From assembly GCA_910587705.1 (NCBI GenBank), contig CAJUMX010000010.1, forward strand, positions 53,130 through 117,129: a stretch of 64,000 bases of DNA. The letters are read 5' to 3'. The position numbers were made by a program, and so were the translations under genes. Origin of the DNA: an uncultured Oscillibacter sp. GTDB taxonomy: Bacteria; Bacillota; Clostridia; Oscillospirales; Oscillospiraceae. Under the pieces are notes generated by a model. That model ran no database searches. It had not been told where the DNA came from and saw nothing but the letters and a program-made list of their open reading frames with translations. Positions 18,327 through 27,325 of this stretch are shown in pieces (the first letter of the stretch is position 1; each line of letters begins with the position of its first letter).

Positions 18327-18355
18327 GCTGACCGGGAGTTAAGCCCGCAGTTCAG

Positions 18356-18734
18356 CGCCAGGGTAGCGGCAGCGGAAAGAGGAGCTTGTCCATTCGTCGA
18401 GGAACAAACCCCCGCTCAACCCGATTGCGCGTGGGAAGTCATTCCGGCTCCGCCGATCATTCAGCCGCGCCCCGTCCCTATCCCGTCCGGGGGAACGGGC
18501 CATAGGAAACATGGAGGTTCCGGGGAGACGGGCCGCCGAGGGCGGCGACCCCTACGGGGTGTTCTATCGGTAGAAAGGCCATATACTTCTTTTTCTCTTT
18601 TGGACCGTGCACGGCCCGTTTTCTCGTTTTCTTCTGGAAGAAAACGAGAAAATGGGGGGTGCATTGCACCAGCCATCGCTGGTCGCCATTCCCCCCCCGC
18701 CCGAAGGGCGAGTATCACCCCCCCATTCGGGGGG
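18356..18734 (-). repeat. Repeat family A copy 2 (right arm of cassette 2)
   Basis: Reverse complement of copy 1, including an identical REP-bearing stretch. Confidence 0.92.
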
Positions 18735-18749
18735 AGAAGGAGGCCCCCC

Positions 18750-20165
18750 ATGCCCCAGGCATCGGATTTCACCACCCTCTTTGATGACGACATCAACCTC
18801 CGGGGCCTCTTCGACATCCTAAGCCCCGAAAACAACCTGGTCCTGGCGGACGACATGATGCTCTCCGACGCCAAGGGCGTCATCCTCCGGGTCAGCGAGA
18901 GCTATGAGAAGAACTTCGGCTTCGTCCATAACTCCATCGTGGGCCGCTCCGCCTTCGATTTGGAGGCCGACGGCACCTTCTCCCCCTGCGTCACCGCCGA
19001 GGTCATCCGCCAGCGGCGGAAAATCACCGCCACCCAGACCATCAACCACGCCCACAAAAACGTCATGACCGTGGGCATCCCCCTCTTTGACAGCAGCGGC
19101 GAGCTGAAATTTGCCGTCTGCTTCAACACCGTCTCCATGGAGCAGATCAACGCCATCCAGCGGAACTACCGCCACCTCCAGGATTCCCTCCAGCAGTACA
19201 CCCAGGAGATTGCCGAGCTCCGCACCCGGGCCACCTCCACCAGCCTCATCTTCAAAAGCGCCTCCATGCAGCGGCTCTGGACGTTGATGCAGAACACGGC
19301 CAACACGAAAGCCAACATCTTAATTACCGGGGAAACCGGCGTTGGGAAAAGCGCCGTGGCCAAGGCCATCCACGCCATGAGCAGCCGGGCCGACGGGCCC
19401 TTTATCGAGGTCAACTGCGCCGTGCTCCATGAAAACCTCATCGAATCCGAGCTCTTTGGCTATGAGAAGGGGGCCTTCACCGGGGCCGCCAGCGGCGGCA
19501 AAATCGGCAAAATCGAGCTGGCCAACAACGGCACCCTCTTCCTGGATGAGATCGGGGAGCTGCCCCCCCACATCCAGTCCAAGCTCCTCCAGCTCATCCA
19601 GGAGAAAACCATCGAGCGCCTCTCCGGCAACAAGCGCATTGAGCTGGACTTCCGCCTTTTGGTGGCCACCAACCGGAATTTGGAGGAGGCGGTCCAGCGG
19701 GGCCTCTTCCGCTCCGACCTCTTCTACCGGCTCAACGTCATCCGCATCCACATCCCCCCCCTCCGCCAGCGGCGGGAGGACGTGCTCCCCCTGGCCCACC
19801 AATTCCTGGCCCGGTTCTGCGGGGAGTATGAGAAAAACCTCACCTTTAGCCCCCGGCTGCTGGCCTTCTTGGAGCGCTACGACTGGCCGGGAAACGTCCG
19901 GGAGCTTGAAAACCTGGTGGAGCGGCTGGCCATTACCGTCCAGGACCCCATCATCGACCTGGGGCACCTGCCGCCGGAGTACGCCGCCGGAACCGCCGCC
20001 CCCGCTCCCGCCCAGGAGGGCACCTTGGCGGAGCGGATGGACGCCTACGAGGGGCGGATCATCCGGGAATCCTACCGCCGCTGGGGCACCACCGTGGCGG
20101 TGGCCAAGGAGCTGGGCATCTCCCAGGCCACGGCGGCCCGGAAGGTGGCGAAGTATGTAAAGTAA
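18750..20165 (+). CDS. Sigma-54-dependent enhancer-binding protein (PAS-AAA+-HTH)
   Basis: GETGVGKS, ESELFGYEKGAFTGA, FLDEIGE, WPGNVRELEN; AAGGAGG RBS before ATG 18750. Confidence 0.95.
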   Translation: MPQASDFTTLFDDDINLRGLFDILSPENNLVLADDMMLSDAKGVILRVSESYEKNFGFVHNSIVGRSAFDLEADGTFSPCVTAEVIRQRRKITATQTINHAHKNVMTVGIPLFDSSGELKFAVCFNTVSMEQINAIQRNYRHLQDSLQQYTQEIAELRTRATSTSLIFKSASMQRLWTLMQNTANTKANILITGETGVGKSAVAKAIHAMSSRADGPFIEVNCAVLHENLIESELFGYEKGAFTGAASGGKIGKIELANNGTLFLDEIGELPPHIQSKLLQLIQEKTIERLSGNKRIELDFRLLVATNRNLEEAVQRGLFRSDLFYRLNVIRIHIPPLRQRREDVLPLAHQFLARFCGEYEKNLTFSPRLLAFLERYDWPGNVRELENLVERLAITVQDPIIDLGHLPPEYAAGTAAPAPAQEGTLAERMDAYEGRIIRESYRRWGTTVAVAKELGISQATAARKVAKYVK

Positions 20166-20288
20166 CCCCTCCGGGACCGAGAGGTCTTGGAGGAATGGCC
20201 TGACCAGCCCCCGGAAGGGGAATGCGATCGCTGGAAGCGGCAGGGCCGCTGACGGCTGTCCAAGGGTCGGGCCCCACAGGAGGACCCT

Positions 20289-21620
20289 ATGAGCCTTGTT
20301 CAGCTGAAAACCGAACTGCGCCAGGAGCTAAAGCTGACCCCCCAGCTGATGCAGTCCATGGAGGTTTTGCAGATGACCTCCCAGGAGCTGCTGGAATACC
20401 TCTCCCGCCAGGCGGAGGAGAACCCCCTGCTGGACCAGTCCGACCCGCCGGAGCGGGCCTATGAGGAGCTGCGCCGCCAGGCTGGGTGGATTGACGGCGG
20501 CGTCCGGGATCGGGCCACCTTCGCCCACGAGGACGCGGCCCCGGAGGCCGGGGCCATGGACAGCGCCTTGGAGAGCCTGGCCGCCTTCCTCCGGGACCAG
20601 ATTCACCGCCTCCGGCTCCCCAAGCCCTTGACGGCCCTGTGCGTCTATCTGGCGGAGCTGGTGGACGAGGACGGCTATCTGGCCCAGGAGGACCTGGAGG
20701 GTCTCGCCGCCATGAAGATTCCCCAGGCCCTGACGGACCAGGCCCTGGACACCCTCCAGAGCCTGGAGCCCCCCGGGGTGGGGGCCCGGTCCCTCTCCGA
20801 GTGTCTCTTGCTCCAGCTTAGCCGCCGGGGCGGCGGCGACCCGGTGTCTATGGAGATCGCCGCCCGGTTTCTCCCGGAGCTGGGGCGGAAGCACTACGCC
20901 GCCATTGCCCAGAAGCTGGGAACCACGGTGGAGGCCGTCCGGCAGGCGGAGGCGGTCATCGCCTCCCTGGAGCCCCACCCCGGCCGGGCCTTTCAACCGG
21001 CGGAGACCACGGTTTACGTCCGGCCCGACGTGTTTGTGGCGGAGCTGGAGGGGGAGCTGAAGGTGGTTTTAAACGAGTACTACCTGCCCCGGGTCTCCGT
21101 CAACGACTACTACCTCCGGCTTTTGAAAAACTCGGACGAGAAGGAGACCAAGGACTACCTCCGCCAGAAGCTCCGCCAGGCCAAGTGGCTGCTGGACAGC
21201 CTGGAGCGCCGGGGAAGCACCCTTCGCCGCTGCGCCGAGGCGGCGCTGGAGGCCCAGCGCCCCTTCTTTGCCGGGCAGACCCAGACCCTGGCCCCCATGA
21301 CCCTCACCACCCTGGCGGAGGGGCTGGAGCTCCACCCCTCCACGGTTTCCCGGGCCGTCCGGGGGAAGTACCTCCAGTGCCGCCAGGGTACATACCCCCT
21401 TCGGTATTTTTTCAGTCTCCCCGTCAGCGGCGGCGTTTCCCGCCAGGCGGCGAAGCAGGCCCTACTGGCCCTGGTCCGGGAGGAGGACCGGCGGCGGCCC
21501 TACAGCGACCAGGACCTCTGCCGCCTTTTGGAGGAGCGGGGCATCTTTTTGGCCCGGCGGACGGTGACGAAATACCGTTTGGAGCTGGGCCTGGGCTCCT
21601 CGGCGGCCCGGAGGAAATGA
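20289..21620 (+). CDS. rpoN: RNA polymerase sigma-54 factor
   Basis: LTPQLMQSMEVLQM region I, LEPPGVGARSLSECL, HPSTVSRA, RpoN box ARRTVTKYR. Confidence 0.95.
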   Translation: MSLVQLKTELRQELKLTPQLMQSMEVLQMTSQELLEYLSRQAEENPLLDQSDPPERAYEELRRQAGWIDGGVRDRATFAHEDAAPEAGAMDSALESLAAFLRDQIHRLRLPKPLTALCVYLAELVDEDGYLAQEDLEGLAAMKIPQALTDQALDTLQSLEPPGVGARSLSECLLLQLSRRGGGDPVSMEIAARFLPELGRKHYAAIAQKLGTTVEAVRQAEAVIASLEPHPGRAFQPAETTVYVRPDVFVAELEGELKVVLNEYYLPRVSVNDYYLRLLKNSDEKETKDYLRQKLRQAKWLLDSLERRGSTLRRCAEAALEAQRPFFAGQTQTLAPMTLTTLAEGLELHPSTVSRAVRGKYLQCRQGTYPLRYFFSLPVSGGVSRQAAKQALLALVREEDRRRPYSDQDLCRLLEERGIFLARRTVTKYRLELGLGSSAARRK

Positions 21621-21687
21621 CGGAAAATAGAAGGAGCCCCGCCGTTTGAAACGGCGGGGCCTTTGCTTAGACCTGGAGTATATGCGC

Positions 21688-23253
21688 TTATTTCGTGGTC
21701 TCCTGGGGGGCGGGCGCATAGGCGGTCCGGTGCAGGAAGGTCACGATCTGACCCCGGGTGCAGGTCTTTTCGGGCTCGAAGGTGGTGCCGTCTCCGGTGC
21801 CGGAGGTGATGCCCTTCTCCACGGCCCAGGCCACGGCGGCGATGTAATCCGCGTCCTTGTCCACGTCGGTGAAGCTGGCCTCCGCCTCGGTTTCAGGGCT
21901 TCCGGCGGCCTGCCAGATGTAGAGCATGGCCATAGAGCGGGTGCAGGCGGCGTCGGGGTCTCCGTGCTTGTCGGAAACCTCGCTCTCAAACCACGCCAGA
22001 GCGGCGTCCCGGTCCTTCACGCCCTCCTTGGCGCCGGGCTTTCCATTGGCCCGCCACAGGAAGGTGAGGATGTTGGAGACAGAGCAGGTGTCCCCGGGGC
22101 CGAAGGTGGTTTCGGTTTTTCCGTTGGTAATGCCCTCGGCAACGGCCCAGTCGATGGCCTTGACAAAGGGGGAATCGACGGCCACGTCGGTGAACTTGGG
22201 GGCAACGGGGGTCTCGTCCTTCTTGTCCTCGGTGGGCTCCTCCGTCCGGGCGCCGGGCTTTACGTTTTCAACCTGGTCCACGTTTTTCTTGGCGTCATAG
22301 GTTTCAGAGGCGTCGTAGTTGAATTCCAGCTCCGTGGTGATCTTGTCGCTCTTGGGGATGAACCAGATCGCCCCGTCCAAGCTCATGACGCACTCCGCCA
22401 GCTCCGTGGCGCCCTGGGGGACCTCGGCGGCCACGTCCAGCTTGCCGTCCTGGTCAAAGAAGAACATGGTTCCGCAGTTGTTGGCGTCGGGTTTGATGTC
22501 CTCGCCCTTCATTTTTTTGTTGGACCCGTTGTAGACCACTTTGCAGTCGATGTTGGGGCCCACGCCGCCTTCGCCTTCCTTGGTGGCCAGCTTATAGTCC
22601 CAGCGGGAGGCGAAGTAGATGCCGTTCTCATCGGGTTTCAGCACGGTGCGGATTTCCTTGGTCTCGTCGGTGGTGCCCTTGCACTCCTTGAAGTCCTGAA
22701 TCAGCTGGACGGAGCCCGCGGGGGCCTCGGCCTGGGCCTGGGCGGCCTTGTCCAGGGGGAAGGCGTCCACACTCTTGGCGTCCTCCGGCTTGGCGTCCTT
22801 GTACTGGAATTTCACGGCCATCTCCAGGTCCTCGGTCTTGGGCATGGCGATGACGGTCCAGTTCTCCAGGTCCACCTTGAACTTGGCGACCTTTTTCGCG
22901 TCATCCGGGGCGCTTTCGGTGCTGGTTTCCACCTTGCCGTCTTTTTCAAAGACGCTGACCTTCACGTCCTTCAGGCCGTCCAGCTTCAGCTCCTCGGTTT
23001 TGACCTTGTAGTCCTCTCCCTTATAAGTGACGGTGAGGCTGATGTTTTCCACCTCGTACTTCCAGGGGGAGATGTAGTAGCCGCCCTCTACGTCCACGTA
23101 GGTGGCGGTTCCCTTGCCGTCCTCCACGCCTTCGGTCTGGAAGTCGTGCTTGACCTTCATTTCCTTGGCGGTGTAGATGGTGCTGGCATAGGCCGCCGGG
23201 AGCATGGCGCAGAGCATGGCCAGCGTGAGAAACAGGGACAATAACTTTTTCAT
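21688..23253 (-). CDS. Secreted protein with C-terminal S-layer homology (SLH) domains
   Basis: Signal peptide; FTDV...AIDWAVAEGITNG and F.PEKTCTRGQIVTFLHR SLH motifs. Confidence 0.9.
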   Translation of the reverse strand: MKKLLSLFLTLAMLCAMLPAAYASTIYTAKEMKVKHDFQTEGVEDGKGTATYVDVEGGYYISPWKYEVENISLTVTYKGEDYKVKTEELKLDGLKDVKVSVFEKDGKVETSTESAPDDAKKVAKFKVDLENWTVIAMPKTEDLEMAVKFQYKDAKPEDAKSVDAFPLDKAAQAQAEAPAGSVQLIQDFKECKGTTDETKEIRTVLKPDENGIYFASRWDYKLATKEGEGGVGPNIDCKVVYNGSNKKMKGEDIKPDANNCGTMFFFDQDGKLDVAAEVPQGATELAECVMSLDGAIWFIPKSDKITTELEFNYDASETYDAKKNVDQVENVKPGARTEEPTEDKKDETPVAPKFTDVAVDSPFVKAIDWAVAEGITNGKTETTFGPGDTCSVSNILTFLWRANGKPGAKEGVKDRDAALAWFESEVSDKHGDPDAACTRSMAMLYIWQAAGSPETEAEASFTDVDKDADYIAAVAWAVEKGITSGTGDGTTFEPEKTCTRGQIVTFLHRTAYAPAPQETTK

Positions 23254-23478
23254 TGGTATGCCTCCATTCGATTTGGGAGGGCCTTCCGCCGGTATCCCAG
23301 TTTAAAGTACCTTCTAGTATAGCACCAGAAAATGTCATTTTCAATGCGTCTACAGCCAAAATACAAACGTTTGCCTTGTGTATATTTACGACATTTTCAT
23401 GCTTTTTTGCGGGAGGACGCTGATGAAAAGTCCCCCGCGCCGCTGGCGCGGGGGGACTTCCGTTTCGCGGTTTCCGCC

Positions 23479-24684
23479 TCATCCCCGGCGGGAGTACAGC
23501 CGGGCAAGACCCCCTTCGGAGGTCTCCCGGTAGTTCCGGTTTAAGTGGATGCCGGTTTCGTACATGGTCTTGAGCACCATGTCATAGCTGATGCGCCGGG
23601 TCTCCGCCAGGAAGTAGGCCAGATTCGCGGAGTTGATGGCCCGCATGGCCGCCACGGCGTTGCGCTCGATGCAGGGAATCTGGACCAGGCCGCAGATGGG
23701 GTCGCAGGTGAGGCCCAGGTGGTGCTCCAGGGCCACCTCGGCAGCGTACTCGATGCGCTTGACGGAGTAGCCAAAGAGCTGGCCCAGGGCGGCGGCGGCC
23801 ATGGCGCAGGCCACGCCGATTTCCGCCTGACAGCCGCACTCCGCCCCGGAGACGGAGGCGTTTTGCTTAGCCAGGGCGCCAAAGAGCCCCGCCACCCCCA
23901 GGGCGTGGGCCACGTCCAAATCGCTGAGGCCCCGCTTGTCCTGGAAGTAGTACAGCACCGCCGGCAGCACACCGCAGGAGCCGCAGGTGGGGGCGGTGGC
24001 AATGAGGCCGTTGTCCGCATTTTGCTCCGACACGGCGTAGGCGTAGGAGCAGACCCGCTGGCACTCGATGATCTCCGGGTGCTTGTTCACCAGAATGTGG
24101 TCGTGAATGGATTTGGCCTTGCGCTCGATGTGGAGCCCGCCGGGCAGCTCTCCGGAGGCGGCCAGCCCCTCCTGAATGGAGCGTTGCATAACGGACCAGA
24201 TTTCCAGCAGGTCGTCCCAGATGCCCGCCCCCTCGTTCAGCTCCACGTAGTCCGTGAGGCTGATGTAGCGGAACTCACAGAACTCCTTGATTTCGGCGAA
24301 GGAGTTTTCAAAATAGGTCTCCTGCTCCTGCCCCGGGGCGGGGCGGCCCTCCCATTCCAAATCCCCGCCGCCCACGCTGTAGACCCGCTGGGTGCGCAGC
24401 TCCTGCCCGCCCCGGAGGGCGGTGAGGTCCAGGGTGTTGGGGTGCTGTTCCACCGTCTCCTGGGAAAAGACAATCTCCGCCGGAAGGGGGGCGAAGGTCT
24501 CCGTCAGGATACGGTCCGTTCCGTGGCCCTTCCCCGTCTTGGAAAGTGAGCCGTACAGCACCGCCCGGTAGGCGTCCGCCTCCGGCGTCTCCTGCCGGAA
24601 GAGGGCGGCGGCCCGGGCGGGGCCCATGGTGTGGGAGCTGGAGGGCCCCCGGCCCACCTTGTATACGTCGTGAATGGATCTCAT
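23479..24684 (-). CDS. sdaA: Fe-S L-serine ammonia-lyase (fused alpha/beta)
   Basis: GPSSSHTMGP, TGKGHGTD, GAECGCQAEIG, LGLTCDP..GLVQIPCIERNA. Confidence 0.93.
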   Translation of the reverse strand: MRSIHDVYKVGRGPSSSHTMGPARAAALFRQETPEADAYRAVLYGSLSKTGKGHGTDRILTETFAPLPAEIVFSQETVEQHPNTLDLTALRGGQELRTQRVYSVGGGDLEWEGRPAPGQEQETYFENSFAEIKEFCEFRYISLTDYVELNEGAGIWDDLLEIWSVMQRSIQEGLAASGELPGGLHIERKAKSIHDHILVNKHPEIIECQRVCSYAYAVSEQNADNGLIATAPTCGSCGVLPAVLYYFQDKRGLSDLDVAHALGVAGLFGALAKQNASVSGAECGCQAEIGVACAMAAAALGQLFGYSVKRIEYAAEVALEHHLGLTCDPICGLVQIPCIERNAVAAMRAINSANLAYFLAETRRISYDMVLKTMYETGIHLNRNYRETSEGGLARLYSRRG

Positions 24685-24711
24685 AGCTTCCAAATACTCC
24701 TGTGTGTGAGG

Positions 24712-25629
24712 TCAGGGGGCGAAGCCCTCCACAATGTCCACCAGCTCCTGGCCGATGCGGGCTTGGGCCTCCCGGGTTCCCGCGCCGATGTGGGGGGTGC
24801 AGGAGACGGCCGGGTGTGTGGCCAGGGCCCAGTTGGGGTCCTTCTCGCTCATCCACACGTCCAGCCCCGCCGCCCGGACCTTGCCGGATTCCAGGGCCTC
24901 CAAAAGGGCCCCCTCGTCCACGTTGCTGCCCCGGGAGACGTTGATAATCACCACGCCGTCCTTCATCTTTCCCAAGCTCTCCCGGTCCACCAGGGCCTTG
25001 TCCCCGCCGGGGGCGCAGAGAATCAGCACGTCGGAGCCCGCCAGCAGGTCGTCCATGGAGACGAACTTCATGGTCTCGCACTCGCAGCCCTCCGGCTTGT
25101 TGCGGTGGACGGTGGAGAGGACCTTCATCCCCAGGGCCTGGCACTTATCGCCCACCATCCTTCCGATGCGGCCATAGCCGATGATTCCGGCGGTTTTGCC
25201 GGAGAGCTCGAAGCCCTTGGAATAGGCCTTCTTCTCCCACTTGTTCTCCCGCATGGTGTGCCCGGCGATGGAGATGTTCCGGGCGCAGGAGAAGAGGAGG
25301 GCCAGGGCCAGCTCCGCCACGGCGTTGGAGGAAGCCCGGGGGGTGTTCCACACGGCGATGCCCGCCGCCTCGGCATAGGGAATGGCGATGTTGTCCATGC
25401 CCACGCCCGCCCGGACGATGAGCCGGAGCCGCCCGCCCTTGGCGGCGTCAATCTGGGGCTCCTTGATTTTGGTGGCGGAGCGGATGATCACCGCGTCAAA
25501 GTCCCGCAGGGCGGGGCCCAGGGCGTCAGGCTCATAGAACTGCTCCACCACCTCACAGCCGTCCGCCCGGAGCTTCGCCACGGCGGAGGCGTCCATACCG
25601 TCGGTGACCAATACGCGCTTTAACATCAT
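24712..25629 (-). CDS. serA: D-2-hydroxyacid dehydrogenase, probable short-form D-3-phosphoglycerate dehydrogenase
   Basis: IRSATK, RAGVGMDNI, GYGRIG, TPHIGAGT; follows serC. Confidence 0.8.
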   Translation of the reverse strand: MMLKRVLVTDGMDASAVAKLRADGCEVVEQFYEPDALGPALRDFDAVIIRSATKIKEPQIDAAKGGRLRLIVRAGVGMDNIAIPYAEAAGIAVWNTPRASSNAVAELALALLFSCARNISIAGHTMRENKWEKKAYSKGFELSGKTAGIIGYGRIGRMVGDKCQALGMKVLSTVHRNKPEGCECETMKFVSMDDLLAGSDVLILCAPGGDKALVDRESLGKMKDGVVIINVSRGSNVDEGALLEALESGKVRAAGLDVWMSEKDPNWALATHPAVSCTPHIGAGTREAQARIGQELVDIVEGFAP

Positions 25630-25835
25630 AATTGTACCCCTTTCGTATCCGGCACACCCCAGGGGTGCCTCGTCGTCGCAAAGTCCGCTTTACTCGGCCC
25701 GTCCTTCGGACAGGCCTCGCGCCGCTCCCTTGCTCCTCCTCTTCCGCCGGGAAACGCTTCGCTGGTTTCCCGGCGGATCCGCAAGTAAACACCTCACGCC
25801 CATTGGGGGACAGGCGCGTCCGGCAGCCCGGAAGG

Positions 25836-26010
25836 GGGTCCAGGGGTGCTCCCCTGGTTTTCCGCCCTTGGCGGAAAATAAATTTAAATCATTTTCCTGA
25901 CGACATGCGCGTCAGGAAAATACCAAGATTCCAGCCGCCTTGGGCGGCGGCTCCAGTGACCGACGTCACTGGAGGGGGGAATCTAAAGGGGGGACGAAGT
26001 CCCCTCTTTA
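25836..26010. repeat. Repeat family B copy 2
   Basis: Aligns with 3039-3268 with compensatory stem changes; ends in serC stop codon. Confidence 0.9.
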
Positions 26011-27090
26011 CGGATTCTCGTATTTCTTAAGGAACTCCACCAGCGCCTCCACGCCCTCCTTGGGCATGGCGTTGTAGATGGAGGCCCGGAGGCCGCCCAC
26101 GCTCTTGTGGCCCTTGAGGTTGTCAAAGCCCGCCGCCTTGGAGGCCGCCACCACATCGGCGTCCTGGTCCTTCGTGGGGGTGACGAAGGGCACGTTCATG
26201 AGGGAGCGGTCCTCCTTCCGCACGGCCCCGGTGAAGAGCTTGGACTGGTCCAGGAAGTCGTAGAGAATCTTCGCCTTCTCCACGTTCCGCTGGTGCATGG
26301 CCTCCAGGCCGCCGTTATCCAGGAGGTAGTGAAAGACCTTTCCGCAGCAGTAGATGGCCCAGCAGTTGGGGGTGTTGTAGAGGGAGTCGTTGTCCGCGTG
26401 GGTCTTATAGCTCATATAGGTGGGGACAAACCCCGGAAGGTCGTCCCGCAGAAGGTCCTCCCGGATGATAACCACCGCCATGCCCGCCGGGCCCACGTTC
26501 TTCTGCACGCCGCCCCAGAGAAGTCCGTACTTCGTCACGTCGCAGGGCCGGGAGAGGAACATGCTGGACTGGTCGGACACCAGCACCTTCCCCTTGGTGT
26601 CGGGAAGCTGGAAGTAGGTGGTGCCGTTGATGGTCTCGTTTTCGCAGATATAGACATAGTCCGCGTTCTCCGGAATGTCCAGATTGGAGCAGTCCGGGAT
26701 ATAGGAGAAGTTCTTGTCGGCAGAGGAGGCCACGATCTTCACCTCGCCGTATTTCTTCGCCTCGGCAATGGCTTTCTTGGACCAGGCGCCGGTCTCCACA
26801 TAGCACCCGACCCCGTTTTTCATCAGGTTCATGGGAACCATGGCGAACTGGACCGTGCCGCCGCCCTGGATGAAGAGCACCTTGTAGTTGTCGGGAATCC
26901 CCATCAGCTTGCGGAGGTCCGCCTCCGCCTCGTCCCGAATCTGCTGGAACACCTTGCTCCGGTGGCTCATCTCCATGACGCACATGCCGCTTCCCCGGTA
27001 GTTCATCATCTCGGCAGCGATCTCCTCCAGCACGAGCTCCGGCATCATGGCAGGTCCGGCGGAGAAGTTATAGGTACGGCCGTATTTCAT
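26008..27090 (-). CDS. serC: Phosphoserine aminotransferase
   Basis: YNFSAGPA, EMSHRS, QKNVGPAG, YNTP, KGHKSVGGLRASIYNAM. Confidence 0.97.
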   Translation of the reverse strand: MKYGRTYNFSAGPAMMPELVLEEIAAEMMNYRGSGMCVMEMSHRSKVFQQIRDEAEADLRKLMGIPDNYKVLFIQGGGTVQFAMVPMNLMKNGVGCYVETGAWSKKAIAEAKKYGEVKIVASSADKNFSYIPDCSNLDIPENADYVYICENETINGTTYFQLPDTKGKVLVSDQSSMFLSRPCDVTKYGLLWGGVQKNVGPAGMAVVIIREDLLRDDLPGFVPTYMSYKTHADNDSLYNTPNCWAIYCCGKVFHYLLDNGGLEAMHQRNVEKAKILYDFLDQSKLFTGAVRKEDRSLMNVPFVTPTKDQDADVVAASKAAGFDNLKGHKSVGGLRASIYNAMPKEGVEALVEFLKKYENP

Positions 27091-27325
27091 AGCGCTTTCC
27101 TCCATTCAAGCATTTTCACAAGTTTCGCCCCGGAAAGGGGCCGCTTTCCTGTCTATAGTATACAGGATTTCCCAGAGGGAATCAACCGTATCCATAAATT
27201 TTGTGGGTCGAGGGTAAATTTCTTTCTTTTTGCGCCCGCTTGCATTCCGGGGCAAACCCCTGTATACTGAAAAAAGAACTTGTTCAGAAGGCCCCGCCCT
27301 CCGGCGGGGGCGGTGGAGGAAGCCT

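Noticed and set aside
27270..27325. Fluoride riboswitch before the ClC gene
   Set aside because: No GATGGAGTTC/TAATGAC-type consensus; only a GC hairpin.
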